A DNA stretch of 64,000 nt from positions 91 to 64,090 of the forward strand of contig JABWBD010000003.1 of assembly GCA_013360685.1 (NCBI GenBank), in the 5' to 3' direction. Shown in pieces: positions 52,138 to 61,876 of this stretch (position 1 is the stretch's first letter; each line of letters starts with the position of its first letter). A model generated the notes under the pieces. That model did no database searches. It had not been told where the DNA came from and saw only the letters and a program-made list of their open reading frames with translations. Both the position numbers and the translations under genes were made by a program. This DNA comes from Pirellulales bacterium. GTDB taxonomy: Bacteria > Planctomycetota > Planctomycetia > Pirellulales > Thermoguttaceae.

Positions 52138-55100
52138 ATGTTGAAGTTTGTAACGGCGCTGATTGCTTTGCTTGTGACGGCCGTCGCGTACGCGGAGCCG
52201 CTCCTTCCTAATCCTGACTTCACCGAGGGCAACGGCGGGCCGACCGGCTGGAAACTCACCGGCGGAGAGGGCCGCTGGGTCGACCGCCAGTTCGTGGAGG
52301 TGACCGGCGCGGGCAAGGACGCCAACGAGTGGCGGTGCGAGGCTTCTTTCCAGCCCGGCAAGCTGTATCACTTTCAAATGCGTGCGCGTCGTCCCGGCGG
52401 CAGCGGACTGGCGGTGAGCGGCCCCAGCTTTGCCAATCGCGATTTCTCGAGCATCCCCGGCGAGTGGCGGTGGTTCGATTTCGTCTGCCGCGCTCCGGAC
52501 CATGTTGCCAGCGGCTACGTCCGGGTCGGCCAATGGCAGACGACCGGCACGACGCAGTTCGACGCCGTGCGACTGGTCCCAGCCCTGGCGGTGCACCGCA
52601 CGGCGGGCGGACTCTTGCTGGGCGAGGGTGAATCGATACTCGGCGGCCAGTACCGCTTTTCGGGCACGTTCGCCCATCAAGGGAGCAACTACCATCGCAC
52701 GCTTGTTCGCAGCAACGCCTGGTTCAATAGCGACCGTTGGTGCTTCGGCGATGGCAACGAGGTCGTGTACCGTTTCGGACTTCCCGGCCATCGCTTCCTT
52801 TCCGGCGAGGTGAAGTTCAGCGTGAATTACCACACCGGCGGCGGCTGCGTCGCCGAGATCAGCCGAGACGGCCAGAAGTGGCACGCGCTGGCCACGCAGG
52901 AAACGGTCGGCGACGCGGGAGCCCAGATGCCCACGGAAGTCTTGCCCACGGAGTCGTTCCTGCTGCGACTGCGGGCCGTGAAGGCGAGCAATTTCCAGGT
53001 CAACCGGATCGAGTTTCAGGGCCATCTGAGCGATCCGCCGACCGATGCGACCGGCGAGACGGTCTATGCGGATTTGGAGAGCACCAGCCCGCAGGTGTCG
53101 ATTGAGTCGATGACGCTGGGAGACGGCGATCGATCGGGACGGACGACGGTTACCATGGTTGTCAAGAACAGCAGCCCAGAAGCGGCAAAGGTGTCGCTCA
53201 TGGTTTCGCTTCAATCGCCGGGCAAAGAGCCCGTGGATTTGCCGGCTGAGAAGACGGATATCCCGGCCGGCAAGTCGGCGCCGCTGGCCGTGAGCATACC
53301 AGTGCATCAACCGGGCGAGCATCGCGTAGCGCTGAGTCTATCGGCCGGCAGCGGGGAACCGCTCCGGGCGTCGCTCGCGTTTTCCGTACCCGATTACTAT
53401 CGAACCGACTACGGCGAACTGCTCTCGGGCGGCACCGGCGATCTGGCCGTCTGGTGGTGTGACGCGACTCGCAAGGTTCCTCGCACGCGTCCGGCGCCGG
53501 CCAAGACAAGCAAGTTAGTGCAAATTGCCGCCGCCTGTAACGACTGGGAAGGCTTCCAGATCGTCGTGCGGCCGGACCGCCCGTTGAAAGGATTAACGGC
53601 GCGTCCCGGACCGATTGTGTTGCGCAAGTCAGACAGACCAGCAGTCCGCGGGATTCTCAATACGATTTCTGCCGAGAACGTCCGCGTTCTGCGAGTGTAC
53701 TACCATTTTGTCGATCATCCCACGGACCGCACGGGCATCCGCGACTGGTGGCCCGACGCCCTGCCGCCACTGAACGAGCCGATCGACGTTGCGGCCGGCG
53801 TGAACCAACCGCTCTGGATCGTCGTGTACGTTCCCGACATCGCGAAACCCGGCGAGTATGAAGGGGAAGTCGTGCTGGAAGCCGAGGGCTGGTCCGCCAC
53901 GGTGCCGATCCGGCTGAAGGTCTGGGGCTTCTCTCTGCCGGAGCGGAACCACCTGGCAACCGCCTTCGGGTTCAGCCCCGGCGAGGCGTTCCGGTATCAC
54001 CAGGTGAGAACCGAGGAAGACAAACGAAAGCTTCTGGACTTGTATTTCCAGAGCTTCGCCGAGCACCGCATCAGTCCCTACGATCCCACGCCGCTGGACC
54101 CGATACGGGTGAAGTTCGTCTCCGACGCCAGCCCGCCCCGCGCGGAAGTCGATTTCTCAGCCTTCGATCCGGCGATGGCCCGCGCGGTCGAACAGTACCG
54201 CTTCACCCATTTTCGCCTCCATCTGGACGCGATGGGGGGCGGCACGTTTCACGAGCGTTACGAACCGAAAATCGGCGACTATGGCGAAGCGACTCCCCAG
54301 TACCAGGCCATGTTTTCCAGCTATGCAAAACAGTTGGACGGGCACCTGAAAGAAAAGGGCTGGCTCGACATGGCCTATGTCTACTGGTTCGACGAGCCGG
54401 ATCCCAAGGACTACGGCTTCGTCCGCAGCGGAATGGAGCGGATCAAGCGCCACGCGCCGGGCATCCAGACCATGCTCACCGAAGAGCCGAACGATGCCTT
54501 GGCCGGCCCGGTCGATATCTGGTGCCCGGTGACGCCGAATTACGACCACGAACCGGCCGAGAAACGCCGCGCCGAGGGCGATCGGTTCTGGTGGTATGTC
54601 TGCACCGGGCCAAAGGCCCCTTACTGCACGCTTTTCATCGACCATCCGGCCACCGAGCTTCGCGTCTGGCACTGGCAGACGTGGCAGCGGAAGATCGTCG
54701 GCACCCTGGTCTGGCAGTCGAATTACTGGACCTCCTCCGCCGCCTTCCCCGACAAGCCGCAGAACCCCTACGAGGACCCGATGGGCTACGTCAGCGGGTA
54801 TTCGACTCCGCGCGGCACAAAGCGATTCTGGGGCAATGGCGACGGCCGGTTCATCTATCCGCCGCTGGCCGCGGCCGTGCCCGGTGCGTCGGGCTCCGGC
54901 CCGGTCCTCGAACCGCCGGTTTCGAGCATCCGCTGGGAGATGCTCCGGGAAGGCGTGGAGGATTATGAATTCCTCCACCTCTTACGAGAGAAGCTCGACG
55001 CGCGTCGCAGTGCCCTCTCGCCGGAGCAGATCCGCCAGTACGAGGCCCTGTTGGAAGTTCCGGCATCGATCACGTCGGACATGACGACGTTTACTACCGA

Positions 55101-55164
55101 CTCGGCCCCGATCTACGAGCGCCGCGCGGCGATTGCCGCGGCGATTGAACAACTGCAGAAGTGA
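52138..55164 (+). CDS. DUF4091-type glycoside-hydrolase-like protein, secreted
   Basis: ORF 52123..55164. ATG 52138 gives signal peptide MLKFVTALIALLVTAVAYAEP. The C-terminal blocks FWWYVCTGP...LRVWHWQTWQRKIVGTLVWQSNYW...GDGRFIYPP...SSIRWEMLREGVEDYEFLHLL match the DUF4091 pattern. Confidence 0.7.
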   Translation: MLKFVTALIALLVTAVAYAEPLLPNPDFTEGNGGPTGWKLTGGEGRWVDRQFVEVTGAGKDANEWRCEASFQPGKLYHFQMRARRPGGSGLAVSGPSFANRDFSSIPGEWRWFDFVCRAPDHVASGYVRVGQWQTTGTTQFDAVRLVPALAVHRTAGGLLLGEGESILGGQYRFSGTFAHQGSNYHRTLVRSNAWFNSDRWCFGDGNEVVYRFGLPGHRFLSGEVKFSVNYHTGGGCVAEISRDGQKWHALATQETVGDAGAQMPTEVLPTESFLLRLRAVKASNFQVNRIEFQGHLSDPPTDATGETVYADLESTSPQVSIESMTLGDGDRSGRTTVTMVVKNSSPEAAKVSLMVSLQSPGKEPVDLPAEKTDIPAGKSAPLAVSIPVHQPGEHRVALSLSAGSGEPLRASLAFSVPDYYRTDYGELLSGGTGDLAVWWCDATRKVPRTRPAPAKTSKLVQIAAACNDWEGFQIVVRPDRPLKGLTARPGPIVLRKSDRPAVRGILNTISAENVRVLRVYYHFVDHPTDRTGIRDWWPDALPPLNEPIDVAAGVNQPLWIVVYVPDIAKPGEYEGEVVLEAEGWSATVPIRLKVWGFSLPERNHLATAFGFSPGEAFRYHQVRTEEDKRKLLDLYFQSFAEHRISPYDPTPLDPIRVKFVSDASPPRAEVDFSAFDPAMARAVEQYRFTHFRLHLDAMGGGTFHERYEPKIGDYGEATPQYQAMFSSYAKQLDGHLKEKGWLDMAYVYWFDEPDPKDYGFVRSGMERIKRHAPGIQTMLTEEPNDALAGPVDIWCPVTPNYDHEPAEKRRAEGDRFWWYVCTGPKAPYCTLFIDHPATELRVWHWQTWQRKIVGTLVWQSNYWTSSAAFPDKPQNPYEDPMGYVSGYSTPRGTKRFWGNGDGRFIYPPLAAAVPGASGSGPVLEPPVSSIRWEMLREGVEDYEFLHLLREKLDARRSALSPEQIRQYEALLEVPASITSDMTTFTTDSAPIYERRAAIAAAIEQLQK

Positions 55165-55461
55165 GAGCTGGCATATCCATTGGACTGTGGACCATCGATT
55201 CGACGCGGTCAAAGTGATGGTCGGTCGTTTGAAAAACCGCATGCGGCAAGCGTTGAATGTCGGACGGATTTGGACCGAAGGCTATTGCCACCGATGCTTG
55301 CGAACGGTTGAGGAAGTGCTGACTGCACGTCGCTATGTCGCGGGTCACGCCGGCTGCCGGATGATCGAGGGCGAGATCATGCCAAGACGACTACGTAATG
55401 GAGATGGCGGATGATGTCGACACTATTCCAACGCTTACCACTTTGCGCACCACCGCGCTCA

Positions 55462-55765
55462 CCACTTCAAACCCCTTCAGCCCCCGGCTCCGCCGGGTGT
55501 TGGCTGGAAGGAAACAACGCTCTGCCGCGGGACCATCGAAGCAGAGATGGGTTGGCGCTGCAGGCCAACACCCGGCGGAGCCGGGGGCTGATGGGGTTTG
55601 GAGTGGCAATGGTGTGTGGTGGTTCGGGGTGGAGGCAGGCCGATGGGGCGATGCGGGACCATCGAAGCGGAAATGGGTTGGCGCTGCAGGCCGCTCGAAA
55701 TCGAGTTGGGTTGGCGACGCAGGCCAACACCCGGCGGAGCCGGGGGCTGAAGGGGTTTGGAGTGG
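55462..55765. repeat. Composite element built from a 43-nt inverted repeat (one left copy, two right copies) plus ~40-nt direct repeats
   Basis: L is 55462-55504 (CCACTTCAAACCCCTTCAGCCCCCGGCTCCGCCGGGTGTTGGC). R1 (55564-55606) is its reverse complement at 41 of 43 positions, R2 (55723-55765) at 42 of 43. The direct repeat GCGGGACCATCGAAGCrGArATGGGTTGGCGCTGCAGGCC occurs at 55527-55566 and 55653-55692. Confidence 0.9.
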
Positions 55766-55800
55766 CGACGGGGGTGGCGGGCACGGCGTCGGTGGTGCGC

Positions 55801-58800
55801 ATGGCGTGGGTGGTGTGCATGGTCATTGCGGCGAATGCGTACGCCTACAATCCGCCGGTTGATACCGCCGGTCCGCTGACTGTGCGGATTGAAGGCCCCG
55901 AAGAGGTGAGCCAACTGGAAACGCCCGTGCCGGTCCGCGTGGTCCTCCAGAATAAAGGCGAAGCAGCGATCCGCGGCACGATCGAATTGAAAGTGATCGA
56001 TCGCTGGCGCGCCGCGCCGAGCGGCCCGGTCGAATTCAAAGTCGGCGCCAAGGGCTCCGCCACACAGGAGTTCACGATTTCCGCCGGCAAAGGGACCTAT
56101 AGTGCGCATTACCCGGTGCATGCGCACGTTCGGTTTCAATCTGAAGGGCAGTCGCTGGTCGCTCATCCGATCCGGGTCTTCCAGACCAAATTCGAGTCGG
56201 CTCCTCCGGCCTCGTCCGTCTCGCTCGCCTGGGAGCCTTTCTCGATCCGCGACGGCGGCCAGTTGGCCCTCTGGCAACTGCCGTTCCATCGCTCCGTGGT
56301 CGAGATCTTCGGACAGAAGCCCCAGACGATGCCCGTTGGCTGGCAGGGGGCGGAAGCGCAGAGCCAGGGCAGCCTCCACATCCAGGACGTGGCGCTGGCG
56401 GGTGAACACCGCGAGGCCGTTCTCATCCATCCGCCCTGGGCCAAGGGACGCGTCGGCACCCTCGCCGTGGAATACCCGCTGCAATTGCCGACGGCCAAGC
56501 CGATTGTGCTGGAGTTTGCCAACGGCATGACGCCCGACGGCCAGAGCGACGGCGTCACCTTCCGCGTCCGCGTGGCGCCGTGGGATGCGCCTGCCGGCAC
56601 GCTCGGGGAAGTGGCATGGGAACGCCATTCGGCCGCCAAGACCTGGCAGCCCGCCAAGGCGGACCTCAGTCGCTTCGCGGGGCAGAAAGTCCGGCTGCAA
56701 CTCGAATCGCACCCCGGGCCGAAGAACAACACCGGCTGGGACCAGTCCTATTGGGCCGAGCCGACGCTCGTTTGCGGCACTCCGCCTCAGCCGGCCCCTT
56801 TCCCGCCGGCCAAGGACGACGGCTCACGCGTGCTGGGTAAGGTTCGCTGCGGCGAAAAGGACTGCACGGTCCGCCTTTGGCCGGGCGAGCGAGGCGCGCT
56901 CGACGCTGTGGTTGGATTCACATGCGGGGACCAGCGGCTCTTCTTTCGCGGCTTTGAAGTCCGTGTGCTCGGGGCGAGGCTCGATGATCCCCGCTCGCCG
57001 ATCGTCCTGGAAAAGGTCCAGGAAGAACCTGGCGGAGACGGTTACCAGGCCCGGCACCGGTTCCGCAGCGCGATGGGCACGTTCGACGTTGTGGGACGCC
57101 TGTGGACCGAGCGGGACGTTCTGCGCGTGAAGTTCCACCTGGAAAATGCACCGAAGCCGCAGCCTTGGCGCGTGGTCTACCTGGAGGACGTTGCCGCGGG
57201 GCCGTGGAGCCGGCCGATCGTGCATGTCTACGCCGGCCCGGGCAACGTGATCCGCCGGCCCGAGGCGTTCGATCTGTCGTTCGACGGGCACCGGCTGGCA
57301 ACGTCGTTCGTCGGATTGGATTTCGAGGAGGGGCCGTCGATGGTCCAGGGGAGCGACCTACCGCCCACCCAGTTTCGCTTCCAGCCCGAGGAGAAGCACG
57401 CTTCACTTCACGTGGGGCATGAGGGCACGCTTACGTTGATTCCGGCCCGGAACGTCTGGGACGGCGCTCGCGTGTGGCGCGACGTCAACGATCTGAAGGC
57501 GTCCGGCGGCGTCGAAAAGGCGGCGGGGCGGTTTGCCTTCGATCTCTGGGGCGGCCATTACGGCCCGAGCGCCGAGGCGCTTGGGCACTCGGTCCGCTAC
57601 GGCCTGACCGATTCCATGGTGGTCTGGCACAACTGGCAGCGGTGGGGCTACGACTACCGGCTGCCGGAGATTGTTCCGCCGAATCCGGCACTGGGATCGA
57701 CTGAAGACATGAAGCGGCTGATCGGAATCTGCCGCGAGGCGGGCGTGCCGTTCGCCCTGCACGACAACTACATCGACTTCTATCCCAACGCCGAGGGTTT
57801 TTCCTACGAGCGGGAGATCGCATTCCACGAGCGGCAAACGCCCGTGCGGGCATGGCTCAACGAAGGGCGCGGGGCCCAGTCCTATCGCTACCGGGCCGAT
57901 CGCATCGAGCCCTACCTGCGGCCGAACCTCCAGTGGATCCGCGAGCACCTCGCGCCAACCGCCTATTTCATCGACGTCTGGTCGAGCGCCTCGCCGTACG
58001 ACTATTGGACCGCCGACGGGCAGTTCTTCTCGAAGGTGTACACCCGCGACGTCTGGAGAAAAGAGTTTGCCTGGATCCGCGAGTTCCTGGGCAACCAGGC
58101 GCCGCAGATCTCCGAGAGCGGGCACGACCAGTTGATCGGCTACCTCGACGGCGCGCAGACGAACCATCTTCGCGTCGGGCAACCGGGTACGGGCCGCGAT
58201 GCCTGGACGGTCTGGAACATCCGCTGCGAGGATGCCGAGCGGACACCCTGGTTCGACGCCGCGCACCACGACCGCTTCATCCTGCACGGCGCCGGCTATT
58301 CGTCGCGCTACCAGGGCGGACTCGACGCCAGGCTCCACGGCATCTTCAGCGACGACTACATCGCCACCGAGGTGCTCACGGGCCATCCGGGCATGGCGCC
58401 CAGCCCCTTCGGCCGCGACGTGGTCCGCAAGTACTGGCTGCTTTCGGACTTGATGCGGGCACTGGCGATGAAGCGGATCGAAACGGTCGAGTACGCCGAC
58501 GGCGACCTGCACCGCCAGCACGTCCGCTGGTCGGGCGGCGGCGAGGTCTGGGTGAACCGCGGCCAGCGCGATTGGGACGTGACGGACGCTGTCCTGCCTG
58601 CGTTTGGGTTCCTTGCACGCGTCCCCACCGATCAAGGCGTCGTGGGAGCCTCGGTGGTTCGCCGCGACGGGGTGATTGTTGAAATGGCTCGCTCGCCCGA
58701 TCGGTTGTATGTCAACGGCCGCCACATGGTCGACGGCCCGCTTGCCATCGGCCTGGCGGTCGAGAAGTCCGAGGATCTCGGCGAACGGCGATTCCGCATG

Positions 58801-59472
58801 GATCTTCGCTGGCAGGCCGACGCGCCGATTCCGGCCGGCTGGACGGCGTTTCTGCACCTGGTCGATCCCGAAGGCGAGATCCTCTTCCAGGCGAGCCAGC
58901 AGCCGAGCACGTTCGAGCGAGAAGAGCGGGGCGCGGTCCGTGCCGCCGCGTCCAGCGTCATTCCCGAGGATCTGATGCAACCGGGAGCGAAGTACGAACT
59001 CCGTGCCGGCATCTATCACCGCGCGTCGGGCGAGCGGCTTCCCCTGGCAGGCAACGACGACGGCGACCGGCGGCTGCGGATTGGGCATATCGAAGTCAAG
59101 GCCGATGGCGGCCGGGCGACCGGCATCGGCTGGAAACCTCTGGAGCCGCAGCCCGACCCCATTCTCGCCCGGATGAACCCCGAGGGCCGTCCGATTGCGT
59201 TCGGGCCGGTCACCACTCCCGGCGCATGCCGGCTGACGCGGGACGGCGACTGCCTGGTCGTCACCGGCTTGCCGCAGACCGGCGGCGGGAAGTTCCCGGT
59301 GGCCATTCACTGGTCGGACCTTCCTTGGGGACTGCCGGTGCCGACGCAGGTCAAAGCGGTTGCCGCGGACGGCAGCCTATCCGCCGCGGAGCCGGTTCGC
59401 CGCGAGGGTGGAGTGGTCCGATTGACCTACGAACCGAGCATGTTTCAGTATCGGCTGGAACGGTCGAGATAG
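55801..59472 (+). CDS. Large secreted hypothetical protein (possible glycan-active enzyme)
   Basis: Track ORF 55411..59472, whose first 130 codons translate the repeat element. ATG 55801 gives signal peptide MAWVVCMVIAANAYAYNPP. Blocks such as FALHDNYIDFYPNAEGFSYE and YFIDVWSSASPYDYWTADG suggest a TIM-barrel-like enzyme, but no family was recognised. Confidence 0.55.
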   Translation: MAWVVCMVIAANAYAYNPPVDTAGPLTVRIEGPEEVSQLETPVPVRVVLQNKGEAAIRGTIELKVIDRWRAAPSGPVEFKVGAKGSATQEFTISAGKGTYSAHYPVHAHVRFQSEGQSLVAHPIRVFQTKFESAPPASSVSLAWEPFSIRDGGQLALWQLPFHRSVVEIFGQKPQTMPVGWQGAEAQSQGSLHIQDVALAGEHREAVLIHPPWAKGRVGTLAVEYPLQLPTAKPIVLEFANGMTPDGQSDGVTFRVRVAPWDAPAGTLGEVAWERHSAAKTWQPAKADLSRFAGQKVRLQLESHPGPKNNTGWDQSYWAEPTLVCGTPPQPAPFPPAKDDGSRVLGKVRCGEKDCTVRLWPGERGALDAVVGFTCGDQRLFFRGFEVRVLGARLDDPRSPIVLEKVQEEPGGDGYQARHRFRSAMGTFDVVGRLWTERDVLRVKFHLENAPKPQPWRVVYLEDVAAGPWSRPIVHVYAGPGNVIRRPEAFDLSFDGHRLATSFVGLDFEEGPSMVQGSDLPPTQFRFQPEEKHASLHVGHEGTLTLIPARNVWDGARVWRDVNDLKASGGVEKAAGRFAFDLWGGHYGPSAEALGHSVRYGLTDSMVVWHNWQRWGYDYRLPEIVPPNPALGSTEDMKRLIGICREAGVPFALHDNYIDFYPNAEGFSYEREIAFHERQTPVRAWLNEGRGAQSYRYRADRIEPYLRPNLQWIREHLAPTAYFIDVWSSASPYDYWTADGQFFSKVYTRDVWRKEFAWIREFLGNQAPQISESGHDQLIGYLDGAQTNHLRVGQPGTGRDAWTVWNIRCEDAERTPWFDAAHHDRFILHGAGYSSRYQGGLDARLHGIFSDDYIATEVLTGHPGMAPSPFGRDVVRKYWLLSDLMRALAMKRIETVEYADGDLHRQHVRWSGGGEVWVNRGQRDWDVTDAVLPAFGFLARVPTDQGVVGASVVRRDGVIVEMARSPDRLYVNGRHMVDGPLAIGLAVEKSEDLGERRFRMDLRWQADAPIPAGWTAFLHLVDPEGEILFQASQQPSTFEREERGAVRAAASSVIPEDLMQPGAKYELRAGIYHRASGERLPLAGNDDGDRRLRIGHIEVKADGGRATGIGWKPLEPQPDPILARMNPEGRPIAFGPVTTPGACRLTRDGDCLVVTGLPQTGGGKFPVAIHWSDLPWGLPVPTQVKAVAADGSLSAAEPVRREGGVVRLTYEPSMFQYRLERSR

Positions 59473-59483
59473 ATCGATAGCAG

Positions 59484-61811
59484 CTACTTGACAACCTCCT
59501 GCAGCTCGAGGATCTTCGACGCCAGCAGCCAACGGTAGGCGTCGAAATCGGCGCCGCTCCAGAGATCGTCGTACTTGTATTTCTCCTGAACCTTGATCGA
59601 GTCCCACAGCCATGCCAGCTCCTTGCGCGCGGACTCGGCCAGTTCCGCCGCGCGGCCTCCCTGCGACTTGCCTCGCTCGCAGAGCTGCGCGAGCGTGTAG
59701 AGATAGCGGCCGTCGTCGATCCCCTCGCGATACGCTTCCCAGAGGGTCACCGGGACCGGCTCTCCGTCGGGCGTGGACCGGTTGACGAAATCCATCGCCG
59801 TGCCGTCGAGATAGTTCCAGGGATCGCTCACGTCGGACGCGTAGATCCAGGGAATGAGGGCCTTGAAACCGGACCGCCAGAATCCGAATCCCCAGGTCAT
59901 CCTCGCGCCGCGGACCGGAGTGTGGTCGTTTTCGCCGCTGATGTGGTTCGGGTAGCACCAAAACTCGATGTTCTTCTCCTTGCTGAGCTGCTGGATCTTG
60001 GCATGGTCGAAGACGAACGGCTGGCAGCACCAGACATCGACGTACGGCCACATCGGCTCGAACTGCTCGTGGGTCGGATCGGCAGTGACGTATGTCCGGA
60101 CGCCCGGCGCCTGCTTGCACGCCTTCAAGACATTCGTCATGAAGCGGACCGAGTCGGCGTTCGTGCTGGGCTCGTCGATCGGATAGTAGAGGAATTCCGG
60201 CCATCCGTACTTCTTTCGCGTCTGCTCGATCACTTGGACCATCTTCGTCACTTCGTCGAAGAACGATTGCGGGACGTCGGACCGGACGAGGCGGAGGTGG
60301 CTGCCGGCGCCTTTCGGATCGACGAGCTTCGCGTACCACCAGCTCACCGGGAATTGGACCACCAGCGGCCGGTCGGCCAGCCCGAACTTCCGATCCAGGG
60401 CGATGTGGCGGTCGGTCTCCTGGCCATCCATGGTCCAGTTGCCGTGGTCATCGCGATTCAGTCCGGAGACACCCGAGATGTGGCAATTCATGCCGTGCGC
60501 GACCATGTCCCGGCGCTCCAGTTCGGCCTTGCGCTGGAAGTAGGCATTGGCTTCGGGCGTGTTGCTGTCGCTGACCGAGTTGATCGGGTCGCGGTAGTAC
60601 ATGCCGTAGATGTGCTCAGGGTTTTTCTGGAGGCGGATGGGGAGCACGCGGAGCTTCAGCGGCACGTCGGCGGCAGCTCCGCCGCTTGCAGCCACCTTCA
60701 GCACCCCCTGGTACACGCCGGGCTCGGCGGTCTCGGGCACCGCGACCGTGATCCAGAAACGCTGGTTCTCCGCTTTCTTGGCATCGAGCGATTCGCGGTG
60801 CTCCAGGACGTCCGGCGCGATGTGGCAGGAGAAGAACATCGAATAATTGGGCCGCACGAGCATATAACGCACGTGGCGTACGTCGATCCGGTCGGCCGGG
60901 ATTGCGCCCTTGTCCGAGCGAAGGTCCCCGGCGGTTACCGTGAGGCCGGAGAGATCCTTGAGCGGGTGGACCGTGAACGCGGCGGGCTCATATTCTCCCA
61001 GCGACGCGAAGATCTCGAGCTTCGGATCGAGCTCGATCCGGCGCGGCACGGTGTTCGGATAGACCACCTCGGACCAGTGGCGGGCGAACAGAGCAAAACC
61101 GCGGCGGCGGTCCGTCTCGCTAAACTCCGGCAACGCGCGGTTGTCCTCGTGGCGCGTCTCTTTCCACTCGGCGGCCACGTCGGGTGGAAGAAAGTAGATC
61201 TCCTTCTCCAATGCGTCGAGCACTTCCTTCCTTACCTTGGCTTCTTCGTCCGACGGAAACACGAGCAAGGCGGCCAGCATCCAGCCGGTCTTCGGCGCCA
61301 GCTCAATGGCCAGACGTTTTCCATCGACGGCCGTCTGGAGGATGCGACGTTCGAAGATGAAGGGGCCGGGGATCTTGACGGTCGCCTTGGCGGTGCCGGC
61401 GGCAACATCGAACCAGTGGTAGTCGCGCGGAGAGCCGGCACTTAAGCCGGAAAGCAGGTAAACCGTGTAGCGGCCAGGTTCCACGTCCACCACGAACGTA
61501 GCGGGTTGCTTGCTCAAGACGGAATCGCAGGTGATCTCGTTGGTATAGATGGGGGGCGGCTGCTTGGAGCCGCGGCTTTCATTCATTTCCCACTCGCGGC
61601 TGTAGAATCGGTGGTGCTCCTTGAGTCCGTCGGTCTGATGCCAACCGAAACCGGTCTCGGGCGTGTAGCGCGATTTCGCCGTGACGCGCGTAAACCCGGG
61701 CCGCAGTTCCGATTTTTCGGTCCCCATGTCGAACAGGTGAACCTCTGCTTCGGCAAAGCGGGTGCCAAGCAGCACAACGAGCCATGTCAGACCGACGAAG
61801 AGCTTACGCAT
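59484..61811 (-). CDS. DUF4091-type glycoside-hydrolase-like protein, secreted
   Basis: ORF 59484..61880. ATG 61811 gives signal peptide MRKLFVGLTWLVVLLGTRFAEAEV. The C-terminus FWCYPN...RMTWGFGFWRSGFKALIPWIY...VTLWEAYREGIDDGRYLYTL parallels gene 52138..55164. Confidence 0.65.
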   Translation of the reverse strand: MRKLFVGLTWLVVLLGTRFAEAEVHLFDMGTEKSELRPGFTRVTAKSRYTPETGFGWHQTDGLKEHHRFYSREWEMNESRGSKQPPPIYTNEITCDSVLSKQPATFVVDVEPGRYTVYLLSGLSAGSPRDYHWFDVAAGTAKATVKIPGPFIFERRILQTAVDGKRLAIELAPKTGWMLAALLVFPSDEEAKVRKEVLDALEKEIYFLPPDVAAEWKETRHEDNRALPEFSETDRRRGFALFARHWSEVVYPNTVPRRIELDPKLEIFASLGEYEPAAFTVHPLKDLSGLTVTAGDLRSDKGAIPADRIDVRHVRYMLVRPNYSMFFSCHIAPDVLEHRESLDAKKAENQRFWITVAVPETAEPGVYQGVLKVAASGGAAADVPLKLRVLPIRLQKNPEHIYGMYYRDPINSVSDSNTPEANAYFQRKAELERRDMVAHGMNCHISGVSGLNRDDHGNWTMDGQETDRHIALDRKFGLADRPLVVQFPVSWWYAKLVDPKGAGSHLRLVRSDVPQSFFDEVTKMVQVIEQTRKKYGWPEFLYYPIDEPSTNADSVRFMTNVLKACKQAPGVRTYVTADPTHEQFEPMWPYVDVWCCQPFVFDHAKIQQLSKEKNIEFWCYPNHISGENDHTPVRGARMTWGFGFWRSGFKALIPWIYASDVSDPWNYLDGTAMDFVNRSTPDGEPVPVTLWEAYREGIDDGRYLYTLAQLCERGKSQGGRAAELAESARKELAWLWDSIKVQEKYKYDDLWSGADFDAYRWLLASKILELQEVVK

Positions 61812-61876
61812 ACGATGTTCCTTCTTAATGTCCTCCAGCCGGTGTAGCCGACCGCTGCTGACCCGACACACGCGAT

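Noticed and set aside
55411-55800. First 130 codons of the 1353-aa ORF (and antisense ORFs 55467..55826 and 55477..56712).
   Set aside because: These codons translate the 43-nt inverted-repeat composite, and the same DNA is open in several frames on both strands. The signal peptide starts at ATG 55801.
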